From: Antechinus flavipes
Taxonomy: Eukaryota
Assembly (NCBI RefSeq): GCF_016432865.1
Contig: NC_067401.1
Location: 191,146,001 to 191,210,000 of the forward strand
DNA length: 64,000 bases
Direction: 5' to 3'
Shown: positions 39,734 through 53,019 of the stretch, one piece after another
Numbering within the stretch: the stretch's first letter is position 1
Layout of the letters: every line of letters begins with the position of its first letter
The notes under the pieces: model-generated
Database searches by the model: none
What the model was told of the DNA's origin: nothing
Seen by the model: the letters and a program-made list of their open reading frames with translations, nothing else
Made by a program: the position numbers and the translations under genes

Positions 39734-40199
39734 ACCCTTTTCCAAAAGATTTTGTGTTTATTGCTTGAGGGGGGAGATGATGAGGACAATGCAGCCTCAC
39801 CCGGAAGAGCATCTGCATTCCCTGAGAAAGATTCTCTTCCCACACATTATGCACCTTTTGGATGCAAAACCTACATTCCTTGAGAAAGACTCTTTTCCCA
39901 CACCCTATCTCAAGTGTGTTCCTTTTGGTTGCAAAACCCAAATTGTTTTGTTTCTTTATAAGAGTAAGCCCTGAGAAAATGTCTCTTGGCAATTCTTTGA
40001 CATTGCCCACTAAGAGAACATCTTGGTGTCTCTCTCTTTCATAAAGTGCCTTTTCTTATCACAGCCTTTTGTGTAGCGTTTCTCGCAGCAAACCCGCCCT
40101 AACTTGGTGTTCTGGAGAACTAGGAGACCAACCCATTTTCCTGCCACGATCCATACCTCACCAAGACAATGCTCATATCCCTCCCTTCTTTCCATCCTA

Positions 40200-42950
40200 A
40201 TAGATGTTTTGTGTCTCTTTGTATGATCTAATTTATCCCATTTTATTTCCCCAATCCCTTTTCCACCCTTCAGTATCTTTTTTTGATATCACATCACATC
40301 ACATCAATTTATAGCCACATCATCTGTCTATATATATGTCCCTTCTAACTGCCCTAATAAAGATACAGTTTTCAAAAACTACAAATATCATCTTCCCATG
40401 TAAAGATGTAAACCGTTTAACCTTTAAAAAACATTTTTTTTCTTTACTATTTACTTTTTTTACGCTTCTCTTGAGTCTTGTATTTGAAGATGAAATTTCT
40501 GGTTCGTTCTGACCTTTTCATGAGTGAAATGACTGAAATTCTGGAATTTAGCTACAATATTCCTTGAAGTTTTCATTTTAGGATCTCTTTCAGGAAGTGA
40601 TCATTGGATTCTTTCAATGACTATTTTACCCTCTGCTTCTAAGATACCAGAGTAGTTTTCTTTGAAGATTTCTTGAAAGATGCTGTCCAGAATTTTTTTT
40701 TTTTTTATTATGGTTTTCACATAATTCTTCAATTGTTACTCTGGGGGCAGCTAGGTGGCACAATGCTTAAAGCACCATCCCTGAAGTCAGGAGGACCTAA
40801 ATTCAAATCTGGCCTCAGACATTTAACACTTCCTGGCTGTGTGACCTTGGGCAAGGCACTTAACCCCAATTGCCTCAGGAAAAAATATTTTAATTATTAA
40901 TAAAAAACTATTTAAAAAAATATTACTCTGGGTTCTATTTTCCAGATCAGCTGTTTTTCTAATGAGATATTTTACATTTTCTTATTTTTTTTCATTCTTT
41001 TTATTTTGTTTGATTGATTGTTGATGTCTCATGGAGTTGTTAGCTTCCATTTGCCCAATTCTAGTTTTCAGATTATGATTTTTAAAAAATTACTATTAAA
41101 GCTTTTTATTTTCAAAACATATGCATGGATAATTTTCCAACATTGATCCTTGCATAGTTTTGTGTTTCAAATTTTCCCCTCCTTCCCCCCTAGATGGCAA
41201 GTAATCCAATATATATTATACATGTTAAAATATATGTTAAATCCAATATATGTAAACATATTTGTACAATTATCTTACTACACAAGAAACATCAGGTCAA
41301 AAAGGAAAGAAAATGAATTAGAAAACAAAATGCAAATGAACAACAACAAAAAGAATGAGAATGTTATGTTATGATCCACATTCAGTTCCCACAGTCCTCT
41401 CTGGGTGTAGATGGCTCTCTTCATCATGAGGTCATTGAAACGGGCCTCAATCATCCCATTGTTGGAAAGAGTCATGTTCATCAGAATTGATTGTCATATA
41501 ATATCGTTGTTGCTGTATACAATGATCTCCTGATTCTGCTCATTTCACTTAGCATGTTCATGTAAGTCTCTCCAGACCTCTCTAAAATCATCCTGCTGAT
41601 TTTTTCTTATAGAACAATCATATTCCATAACATTCATATATCATAATTTATTAAGCCATTTTCCAACTGAGGGGCATCCACTCAGTTTCCAGTTTCTTGC
41701 CACTACAAACAGGGCTATCACAAACATTTTTGCACATAAAGGTCCCTTTCCCTCCTTTAAGATCTCTTTGGGATATAGGCCCAGTAGAAATACTGCTGAA
41801 TCAAAGGATATGCACAGTTTGATAATTTCTTTAGTATAATTCCTAATTGCTCTCCAGAATGGCTGGATCTATTCACAGTTTCACCAACAATGTATTAGTG
41901 TCTCAGGGTATGATTTTCTTGAGCTAACTTTCTTACTTCCTTTTCTATTTAGCTAATTCTACTTTTAAATGTGTTGTTTTCTTCAATGGATATTTTTTGC
42001 ATTTAATCAACTGAGTTTTTTTGTTTGTTTATTTTTTGCTGAGGCAATTGGAGCTAAGTGACTTGCCCAAGGCCACACAGCTAAGAAGTATTAAGTGTCT
42101 GAGGTCAGATTTGAACACAGGTCCTTCTGACTTCAGGGCTGGCACTCTATCCACTGTGCCATCTAGTTGCCCCTATCAATTGTATTTTTTAAGCAATTGT
42201 TTTCTTCAGTTAATTTTTGTCCTTCCTTTTTCAAGCTGTTGACTCTCTCTTGCATGTTTATTTTCCCAATTTTTCTTCTACTGTTCTTATTTGACTTTTA
42301 AAATCCTTTTAGAGCCCTTCCAAGAAGACATTTTGTTCTCTTCTGAGTCATTGTTTTAATCTTCCCTGTTCCCATAGTAGATTTCTATGGTCAAAGTTCT
42401 TTTTTTTTTTTTGTTTCTTACTCATTTTTCTTCTTTTTCATAGCTTTTAAAATTGAACTCTGCTCCTGGGGTACAAAAGGACGTATCCCAGGCTTGTGGA
42501 GTCATTGGTTTTGAGTGCTAAGACCTCTGGTGTTTGGTGACTTGCTCACTATGAAACCAAGTTTCACCTGTTGTTGCCTGGTTTCTGGGGCCAGAAAGTT
42601 GCCTTCTGAACTGGGAATGAAGGCTCCACTGATGATCTTCTATGCTAATGTCCTATTGAGCCAGGTCTGAGTAGGTTTTTGTTGCTAATTTATGCTGTGG
42701 TAAGATCCTCCTGCAGGACATTGTCTTCACTGGGCTGCATTCCCCTTTCAGTGAGATTGCTCTTTCTTAAAGTCCTTTCAAACTATCTTAAGTTAGAGAA
42801 TTGTTTCAATCCATTTCTTTGTAGGTTCTGTTGCTCAGAATCTGTTCAGAAACTTTATTTAAAGTTGTTTCTGAAAGAAACTGGAGAGTTCAGGAAACTT
42901 TGTGGTTTCTCTCCATCTTGGCTCCACTTCTGGCATTTGGACAAAAAAAG
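40200..42950 (-). mobile_element. Nested old L1 fragments (ORF2/ORF1/3' UTR) with SINE insertions
   Basis: Antisense L1 text with nested L1 3' ends and WSINE1-like copies. Boundaries approximate. Confidence 0.6.
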
Positions 42951-42994
42951 GCCTCCCAAACCCTCTGGAGCTGAGCAAGTGCTATTGTGTAGAG

Positions 42995-45502
42995 CAGGGA
43001 TCCTCAAACTATGGCCTGTGGGCCAGATACGGCCCACTGAGGACATTTATGCGGCCCGCCGGGTTATGGCAAAATTAGACCAGAAGTGACGTTTGATCTA
43101 AACTTGCATTAGCAACACACACTCCTGGCACTGGGCTGCGGTGGTGGAGATAGAGTGTGAGGCAGTATCGAGGTGAGGTGAGTTCCCAGGCCGGGGTGTG
43201 TGGGGGGGGGAAGGGGGAGAGATGCAGAAGACAGAGAACTGAGGGCCCGTAGGGGATGTACAGTGCATGCTGCACATGTCACTGCCGCTGCAGGGGGAAT
43301 TCACTGCAGCAGTGAAGGTTGGAAGCGGGAACTCGAAGAGGGGGAGAGAGAGTGCAGGAAACAGAGGCGTCACAGTGCAGAGGCAGCTTGGAGGAACTTG
43401 GGCACGTAGTCTGTATGTCTCTGTGTGGGCAAAGTTACTGCTGGTATGTTGTTTTTGTAGCGCTGTATACACATATTGGTATTTTATTAATAGTAATTTG
43501 GAATCCCTAGGAAATAATGATGTCAAAAAAAAGAAAAATTGACTCAGAGTGTAGGATATTCAAAGAACAGTGGATTTAGGATTACTTTTTCATGCAGGAC
43601 AAGGAAAGATCTGGGTGTCTGATATGCCAGATACTATATTCTGTGTTCAAAGAATATAATTTGCGTGGCCACTATGAAACTCAACATAAAGATTAATATG
43701 ATTGTTTGGTTGGAGAAATGAGAAAAGATAAATATTAAAACTGAAAAACACATTGACAACTCAGCAAAATACTTTTGTGAAGCAGAAGCAGCTAAATATT
43801 TCATCACTGCGAGCAAGTTTTCAAGTTGCCAAGCTAATAGCACGCACTGGCAGACCATTCGTGGAGGGAGAATTTGTTAAAGAATGCCTTCTTTCTGTTG
43901 CCAAAGAAATATGTCCAGAGAAGGCCGATTTATTTAGTACAGTGAGTCTTTCAAGACCTACAATTACACGGAGGATTGAAGAAATGGGAGACAATCTGCA
44001 TCAGCATTTGCAAAACTCCATAAAAAAAATTTCATATTTTTCCTTGGCACTTGATGAAAGCAATGATGTTTGTGATTCTGCACAACTTCTAATGTTTATT
44101 CGTGGGACGAATGATTATTTAGAAGTCATAGAAGAGCTTGCTGCACTACAAAGCATCAAAGGAACAACTACAGGAGAGGATATCTATGAAAAAGTTTGCC
44201 AAACTATGAATGGTTTGGAGCTGGACTGGGCTAAACTAGCCAGCGTGACAATTGATGGTGCTCCTAGCATGGTGAAGTCTAAGAAAGCAGTAATTGCTCA
44301 TATTAACCAAGAGATGGACAAACATAACCATTCTCATCCAATAGCCACACACTGCTTCATCCACTGACAAGCGCTGTGTAGTAAATCACTGAAGTGGGAC
44401 TCCATTATTGTGTAACTTCATTAGAGCTAATGCACTAAATCACAGACAATTTCAGGAATTTCTGTCTGAGCTAAGTGTTGAGTATGAAGATGTTCTATAT
44501 CACACAGAAGTCCATTGGCTGAGTTGAGGGAGAGGTTTGAAACGTTTCTATGACTTACTTCCACAGATTACAACTTTTCTGCTTTCAAAAAACAAAGAAG
44601 TACCAGAGCTCAATGACGCAGAATGGAAATGGCACCTTGCCTTTCTGACAGATGTAACAGAGCTACTCAACAATTTCCATATGCAACTTCAAGGTAAGGG
44701 GAAGCTCATCTGTGATATGCAATCACATGTCAAAGCATTTGAAGTAAAATTAGGCCTCCTCATCAAACAAGTGAAGGAGGAAAACTTCTGCCATCTCCCC
44801 ACAACTCAAAATCTGTTAGTGGAAAAACCACTGATTGCATTCCCAAACAAAACATGTGTGGATTCACTGGAAAAATTGCAAAAGGAGTTCCAATTTAGAT
44901 TTAAAGAGCTTCATCATGGAGATGACATGCAGCTTTTCTGTAACCCATTTTCTATTGACATTGAAAACGTGGATACAATTTACCAAATGGAACTGGCTGA
45001 ACTGCAGAATTGTGACTCTCTGAAAGATGCATTCAAGTCAAGCAGCCTTCATAATTTCTATGCATCTCTCCCTTCTGAGACATAGCCTCATCTCAGGAAC
45101 CATGCACTCAAAATGGCAACCATCTTTGGCAGCACTTATGTCTGTGAACAGACTTTTTCTAGAATGAAACATTTGAAATCTCCGACCAGATCAAGACTAA
45201 CGGATGCACACTTGCATCACTTGTTACGACCAGCAGTGACAAATATGGAACCAGACATTGACCATCTCATTAGCCAAAAGCAGGCCCATAGTTCCCATTG
45301 AAATACTGGTAAGTTTGTTGATTTAACTTTACTTCATTTTAAATATTGTATTTGTTCCCATTTTGTTTCTTCACTTCAAAATAAGATATATGCAGCATGC
45401 ATAGGAATTTGTTCATAGTTTTTGTTTTTACTATAGTCCGGCCCTCCAACAGTCTGAGGGACAGTGAACTGGCCCCCTATGTAAAAAGTTTGAGGACTCC
45501 TG
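42995..45502 (+). mobile_element. Near full-length hAT (Charlie group) DNA transposon, OposCharlie1/OC1-like, 2508 bp
   Basis: TIRs CAGGGATCCTCAAACT (42995) and AGTTTGAGGACTCCTG (ending 45502). 8-bp flanks GTGTAGAG / GTATGGAG (6/8 match). Contains a decayed transposase. Confidence 0.92.
43517..45301 (+). pseudogene. Decayed hAT transposase (SPIN/OC1/GTF2IRD2-like)
   Basis: MMSKKRKIDSECRIF, zinc-finger CLICQ...KEYNLRGHYETQH, FSLALDESND, DGAPSM and dimerisation motif FGSTYVCEQTFSRM. Multiple stops and frameshifts. Confidence 0.92.
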
Positions 45503-45860
45503 GTATGGAGGGCTGAAACTCCAAAAAGGTGTGTTTGAATTAAATAACCAAGCCCTTAAGACTAATTACCCATTCAATGTGAGACAATGACTCTATTAGC
45601 ATATATTTGGATAAATGGCTCTTCTTTGCTTGCTGAATGTTGGGTGTTAAGATAATCAGAGGCAAGGATTGGAGGGGAAGGGAAATTGGCAGAGTCACTT
45701 GGTGGCAGAACAAGGTGGAGAGAAGTTGGTGACTCTGGACTCCCGAATCCAGGATTCTGCTTGCCTGACTCCTTCACTTCTCCCGCTAAAGACCAAGGAC
45801 TTTAATTCATCCTGATTCTGGCTGATCTTGAAGCCTCCAGGGAGCTAGCCTGTACTCTAT
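45503..45860 (+). mobile_element. Probable LTR whose 5' end (TGTAGAG at 42988) was split off by the OC1 insertion
   Basis: Removing OC1 gives TGTAGAGGGCTGAAACTC..., which resembles marsupial LTR starts as I recall them. Not verified. Confidence 0.45.
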
Positions 45861-46939
45861 AGTATTGGTCTAAGATATGGCTCAAATAGCATATTTAGAG
45901 AACATAAACCATAGCCAGCCTTTGGAGATGGTGTGGAGAGATGTTTTTTGGTGCTAGAAAGGAGTAGAAGATAGAAAAGAAGGAAAGAGTTCTAGAAAGG
46001 TAGAAGGTAGGAGCCTAGAAATAGCAATCTGGTTGTGACTGACCACTTTACCTATATCCATACACATACCCAACCAGGAATAAGCCTTTCCCCTCACCCC
46101 CATGATAGCCAAAACATTCTAAGAAAAATGTATCTGTTAATAATTTACCTCCCAGTATCCATACTGATCAAGATTGAGATTTTTGAGCCTGCTTCATGGC
46201 AGGCTGCAAAATTCGCATAAAGATATTTTAAAATATCTTTAAATAGGAATTAATATAGTAGGAGGGATATCTACAATTTCTTATTTAGATGTGTGGCTCT
46301 CAGTAATTCACTTAACTGCTATGAGATTTAGCTTCCTTATCACCTGCAATCTCTTTAAATTTAGTTTCACCGTCAAGGCTCTAATTTTTGTCTTATGGAC
46401 ATTTGACTCAGTAAAAGGGCCTTGTTTCTTGGCCTCTGGCATTTATTCTTTTCTGTTTTAGGTGTAGAAAGTGGAGCCTCTATTACCTAATAAGTTCAAA
46501 AGGTCTTGAAGGTTCTTTGGCACCCCAATTTCTAGGGTCTAGGATCCAAAGCCAGTGCAGCATCAGTGCCCCAAAAAGCAAGAAATTACTTTTGCAACTG
46601 AAATAAGGACTCATCCAGGAGTCACGCCACATCTGGACATGAACTTAGTGGGACCAGTTATGTGGCAACTGAATAAAGTTGTGAGTTTGCCTCTTCCTAA
46701 AGACTGAGGTGGCATAGGGATAGTATGGCCTGAGATATTAAGGTAAATATCTGGACATTTGTTCTTTCTATATTTTTTAAATAAATAGTCTTTTGTTCAA
46801 GCCAATCAATTTTAAGTGTAATGGAACTGGGAGTGCTGGTAACTTTAACAAAGGATATCCTTCTGGAAACCTGAGGTGTGATTTACAAGGCCCAATTCTG
46901 AGAAAGTGAGCCAAGGAATACTCACTGTTCTTATTGTTT

Positions 46940-47330
46940 ATCCTCAGTACCTGAAAAGGATCAGTGACGTCATGGTATTGGAGTAAAGATACAAATAAGA
47001 CACTAATAGACCACAAGAACATATGGGATATAGATGTCTCCAGATTTTTGAATCTTATGTTTCCTTTGCTAACTGAGATTCTGCTTCACTTATGGAACAC
47101 AACATCTTCTTTGATAAGAGTGCTGGGAGGTTCTGTGCCAGCGTCTCCCATGTTTCAGAAGTGATACTAAAATTCTTCAGAAAAACCTTGAAAGTGTCTT
47201 TTTACACTCCACATAAAGATAGTGGGGTTTATTGTGTGACTTCAGGGTCAGATCAGATCAATGTTGTCAGAACACTGGAGTCGGAATTACTAATTTATAC
47301 AGATTATGAAAAGAAATTGTAGAAACTGTA
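46940..47330 (-). mobile_element. RTE (Bov-B-like) LINE, 3' ORF remnant
   Basis: Minus-strand translation KDTFKVFLKNFSITSETWETLAQ resembles the RTE ORF C-terminus (KDTLKVSLKNFGI..ETWETLAQDR). Confidence 0.7.
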
Positions 47331-47888
47331 CAACACATCTCTGCATAGTATTAAAAAAATTGGTGTCTGAAATAATTGTCAAGAAAGAAGCTGGTGGCTA
47401 GATTTATGCCTTAGAAACTATATAACTGATTTTTTAAAAAACCCTTTATAATACAAATACAGTTCTTAATATATACTTTACAACTCAACAAATAAGTTTA
47501 GAACTTGAAATTTTAAAAAAAAAAAAGAATGTTGAAAATTGTTTTACATGTAATTGGGAAGAAAACAAATTTTTTGTATTCAACTTGAATCCAAATACAA
47601 AAAGACAAAAACAGAAAAACAAGAAAAAAACACTTCCAGTGTATATGGCATGACATAAATAGAGGATTCACTATATAACCATGAAGTTCCATTTCAGACT
47701 GTTGACTTTTTTTGGGAAAAACTATGTAATAAAAACTCTACATTGTTTTCAAGCTACCAGTACAGTACCAGTTTTCAAGTACCAGTACAGCAGCTTTTCA
47801 GTACTTCCTTCTAAGTTTTCTTTTGTTCTCTGCTGTGCTTTTTTTTTTCCTCCCTCCCTACCCCATCCTAAAAAAGGCTACAATCACA

Positions 47889-47926
<38 letters not shown>

Positions 47927-49898
47927 TGCACAAGCATATCACATACATATCATATAAAATAATATCTCAAAGTTGTTTTAATTTGCATTTCTCTAATCAT
48001 TAATGAATTAGAACATTTTTCCACAAGACATTATATAGTTTTGATTTCTTCAGTGAAAAACTGCCTGTTCATATTCTTTGATTATCAATTGAGGATTTAC
48101 TCACATTATTATACATTAGACAAAATTCTTTATATATTTGAGAAACGAGACATTTATCTGACAGACTGTCTACAAGGTTTTCATACATATATACATACAC
48201 ACATATATGTAAAAGAAACATAATGTTCCACTATGCTTGGTGTTTTATAATGTCATTCACATCCTTTGCCCAATTCTAGTTTTCAAGGAGTTATTTTCTT
48301 CTTTATATTTTTGGTTTTGATTTTCTTTTCATGATTTTCTTGAATTCCACTTATTTTTTCCCTAATTTTTCCTTGATCTCTCTTATATAATTTTTGAATT
48401 CCTTTTTAAGTTTTTCCAAGAATTCTTTTTGGACTTTTAATTATTTGATATTACTCTTTAATGTAGGAATAGGTTTTTTTGGTTCACTTTCTTCCTTACA
48501 ATATCAATTCAAATCTTCTCTATCCCCATAGTAAATTTCTATGATTGGGTTCTTAGCAACTTATTATTGCAGTCAAGTTATTACCCATGATGTGAGTGGG
48601 TAACCTTCCTTACTATTATTCTCTGGACTCCAGCCAAGGCGAACCTTAGGCATTCCTCTTCCCACTAAGCCATGGGTAGGCCTCCAGGATGCTGTTTTAC
48701 AAATGTTATTCCCTGTGGTCTGTCTCTTGGCTGTGAATTTTGATTCACCCCTTTTTCCTGGAACTAAAGCCAAACTAGAGATTCCAGTCTCCTGAAAGTG
48801 TCCACAGCCAGTAAAGTACATGCCTCTCTACTACCATAGTCATCAGGTATATACTTGCTCCTTCTTACCCATAGCAGAAACCCTGACCAAGTCTGACCAA
48901 TTGGCCTTGACATGCCAGGACAGCAGGATGTGAGGGAATCCTCAGTCTTCTCCTAATCAGCTATCTAACCCCTACACAATCCATAAGGTGAAAATTTCTG
49001 CTGCCCGGGCTCACAAGGCCCCATCCCCCAAGGCTCGTTCTTTGTTGACTCAACAGAGTCAGCCCAGAAGTGTTTACATTTCACCAGGATCAGGCCTCCA
49101 CCTCTGGGGACTGTCTTTCCTGTGACTTTCCTGAGTGTTTTAGGAAGACAACTGTTTTATCCTGACTTTTGTTAATTTTTGCTACTTTACATTCACTTTG
49201 AGATGATAATTCTGTCTTGTTTTGGGGGGAAATTTGAAGGGCTTGGTAGTTTATGATCTACTTTGTCATCTTCCCAGAATCCTCTCAAAAAAAAATATTT
49301 TTTAAAAAGAATTCAACCAATTAACTAGAATTAAGGTATTATCACAGACACAACTGTTGTCCACAATTGCTTGGATAGTTGCCATACCAAATACACACTA
49401 TGCCATCATGTCCAAATTCCATAGAATGAAAATATTTGAAAATACAGAGAGTTTCAAAGAATAAATCAGTCGTGAGAATAGAATGAGGTCCAGGTTATTT
49501 CTATCATCTCATTTGCTAATGAAATTGTCCCAGAAATGTTTTTGGTGAATCTACAGAAGATGAATTTATATTTTCATACTTTTATTCAATTAAATGAAAC
49601 CATATTTTATCTACCTGTACAATTGTTCATAGAACACTAAATTGAAAAAAAAAATTGAGAAAGTTGATTCCTTAATGACCCCTGATCAAACTCTAATCAG
49701 TATGAGACAGTTCATAATGACTTTATTAGAGGTAATGATTGTTAATTCATTAATCTAGTAATACATATTTAGTTTATCATCTAATATTATGTGAAAGAAT
49801 AAGCAATTCATATTGTGTATAAGTTACATAGGATTATAGATTTTAATTTTTAAAACCCTTATAACTAGACCTCATACTTTAATATAACAGATATTACC

Positions 49899-50418
49899 TG
49901 TTTACCAGCTATGGAACTTACTTGTGCAACCACAAGACCATAAGCTTGCTGACATGAAATATCTCTTATTTTGTTTTGTTCAAATACACCCAATTAAATT
50001 CACTCATTCAATTGTGACATGATGGAGAGTTCCCCAGTTTCCCCCAAAAATGTTCTTGTGACATGTGCCATCTCTGCTTGCCCAACCTAAGAGACAGCTC
50101 ATCTGTCTTGTGACCTTCTAGTCTGAAAATATTTTTTGCCTCGCCCAATTCACAATCTTGTGACCCTGATGGTTTTTTTTTTATTTTAGTCTATGTATGT
50201 CAACCAATGGAATTGTTTTGTATTTGGTATAACTGTTCTTGAATGTCTAGATATTTAGTCTTATAAAAATAGGGCCCTAGAAGGAGGTGGGCACTTCAGA
50301 CCCACTGGCATTAACTTCTTTGGAGCAGAACTGGATCCCTCTAATAAAGTATTATTGGCTAAGAGTTCTGCCTCAATTTCCCTTTTGGCCATTGAGGGTG
50401 ATTTCCCCTACTATCACA
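49899..50418 (+). mobile_element. Probable solo LTR
   Basis: TG start, TATAAAA (~50262), AATAAA (~50344) and CA end. No clear TSD. Confidence 0.55.
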
Positions 50419-51408
50419 AAACAATAAGGTAGCTTGCATCATGTACCAAAGTAAGATCTAAATGAATCTATGAGAGATATTAAAAAATCACATCAAAAGA
50501 GAAGCAAGGAAGAAATTGCTTTTTAGATTCATGAATAAAGGAAGAAGAGTTCATGAGTAAATAATCAATAGATGACAAAAAAAGGAAAAATTTAATTATG
50601 TGAAATTGAAAAGGTTTTGCCCAAACAAACCCAATGTAATAAAAATTAGAAGGTAATAGGGTAACTGAGGAAAACTTTTTTGTAACAAATTTTTAATAAA
50701 GGACTCATGTCCAAGATATATAAAGTAATTAAAATTTATAAGACTAAGAGCCATTCTTCAATAGTTAAATGGACAAAAGATATATCTATACACACATACA
50801 TATATATGCATATACACACGTACATATATACACATACCTACAGGCAGTTTTTAAAAGAAGAAATACAAACTATCAATAATCATATGAAAAAATGTTCTAG
50901 ATCATTAATTTAAGGAAAAAGGAATGTGTGTGTGTGTGTGTCCATATAGACTGTGTCTAGATGTGGCTCTCAGGGAGGCATGAATATCACTAAGCTTTAA
51001 AGTCTCATCCACCTACCCTTTTCCAAAGCAGATTTTGATTCTCGCCTAATGGAAAGCATGAGATTGGAGCCAAAGCATAGCCATTCTGTTTTTCTCAGAA
51101 AGAGGGATTTCCAGGTCAGAACCATATCAATCTATCCCTCCCATCTATTGTTAGTCTAGATAAATAATTTAAACTTGATTACAACTCCTTAACATGGAAG
51201 GCTCCATATCCAAAACTATAGAATTATTATCTCAAACCAGATTGATAAATCAGATGATCCCTCCTTCCTAGCTACCACACTCCCTTGTTCTTATACCTTA
51301 TAGTTCTTGTAGCTCCAATACTTAGCACAGGCCCTACCATGCAGTAAGCATGTAATAAATTATTTTTTTATTCACTCATTCATGTGGATTATATATAATA
51401 ACTATGTA

Positions 51409-51439
<31 letters not shown>

Positions 51440-53019
51440 ACAATAACTAACATTTGTATTGTACTTTAAGGTTTATTAAGTCCTTACAAATATCATCCCA
51501 TTTGAGCTTTAAAGCAACCCTACAAGGTAATCTATCATTAATCCCATTTTACATTGAGGAAACTGAGGCAGACAAAAGTTGACTTGCCCAGTATCATACA
51601 GCAAGTATTTAAGGCTGGATTCAAACTTGTCTTTTTTATTTTAGGCCTAGCACTCTATTCACTGAGCCATCCAAATATTCACTAGCCCTGTATAAATGTA
51701 CAAACATCTATAATAAGGATTATTTTTCTCACATTAATAATTATTAATTAAGATTGTCCCTTTTCAATTTCCTTACTCTGAAATAAACCTTTTTAGGTTA
51801 TATAGCCAATCTTCATGAAGGACTTTGATGATAGATGAGATTACCCAAATGCTCTGGCTTCATCCTTCTTATCCCATCCCTTTTTCAAGGAGAATTTAAT
51901 CTAGGTAGAATCCATATCCCACCATCATACATTATTCACCAATTGGTTATCCTATGTAAAAGTAGTCTGGCTTGAGATAAATCTTTGTCAATGAGGATAT
52001 GATCAGTCACATATTCAGTCCCTTATTAGAATAGTTTCCACCTTCCTTTATAATATTCATTTTCTCACTAATTATTAAACAATCAGAACTGATTGCCAGT
52101 TGTCAGAAACACCCACTCTTCCAAGGACATATAAGCATCAACAAGCCTCCATCTTTGGTTTACTGAGAGTAAGACCATGACCATCCTTTTATTAATTATT
52201 TCCTCTCCATAATTAATAAAATGATTAATTACCCAGAAATTATATCTCTCAAACTTTTCACACATCACAATATACAATTATATACATATATAAGTATATT
52301 TATAGAAAATGGAAGTAGTTACAGTTAGAATTGAACAAGACTTATCAGCAGCCACAATAAAAGACCATGTGTTCTAGAAACATAACAGTAATGAAAAGAA
52401 CTAGGCCAAAAATATCATGTCCAACAAAATTATCCATAATGAATTTTTAAAAATGGACATTCAACAAACTTGCAAATTTTCAGGACTTTCTTTTAACCAA
52501 ATCCAAACTCAATTGAAAATTTAACATATAAGAGGCAATATCAATTTCAAGGAACTTAACTTTGACAAATTATTTATGTTTTTTACATGGAAATTTATAC
52601 CAAGTGTTTAAGATTGATATCAGCAAATGGGAAACTCAAAAGAAAAATTGGGGCAAAATTGAGCATGATCTAACTTTAAAAAGCAAAACTGCCTAGGAAA
52701 TGGTAAAAATAGTTATTACATTACACAAACGAGGTTCAAAGTAAGAAAGACACAGAGGCATTAGAGGGGGAAAAAGGACTTGTAGTTCTGAAAACCTAAT
52801 CTCACCAGGAATGGATTAAATAGGCAATACTACATATATACCATAAAGAGTATAGTACTCTCCAAAATCTATAAAGAAATAAGGTGGGAAGGGATAGTGG
52901 AGGGAGAAACAAAGTATGGAGGAAAAAGACAAGGGAGGAGTCCATGGGTAGGGAGAGGTTAAATAATAGCAAGGTAAGTTAAGAAGCAGAAATAAAGCAG
53001 AAGAGTCAGCAAGGATAGG

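Larger units (their letters stand above)
37078..40160 (+). mobile_element. Deleted gamma-type (class I/ERV1) provirus: RNase H, integrase N-terminus, deletion, env, 3' LTR
   Basis: TLNPAxLLP...WVTDGSSF...AGYAVV and ELIVLTRVLELGKG...YTESKYAF...WKERGLL (RNase H). H-x3-H/C-x2-C integrase zinc finger followed by WQLDF. Env furin site RRHKR|G, ISD-like DNRMVLD..LLASSGGVCALVNTSCC (CX6CC) and TM segment FGPCIFRLLMRFVSSRL. PPT GAGGGGGGAGA near 39767 precedes an LTR from ~39778. Stops and frameshifts present. Confidence 0.9.

Noticed and set aside
47092-47322. ORF containing Ig-like DSGVYC
   Set aside because: It is the antisense of an RTE LINE remnant and lacks the other Ig V-set residues.
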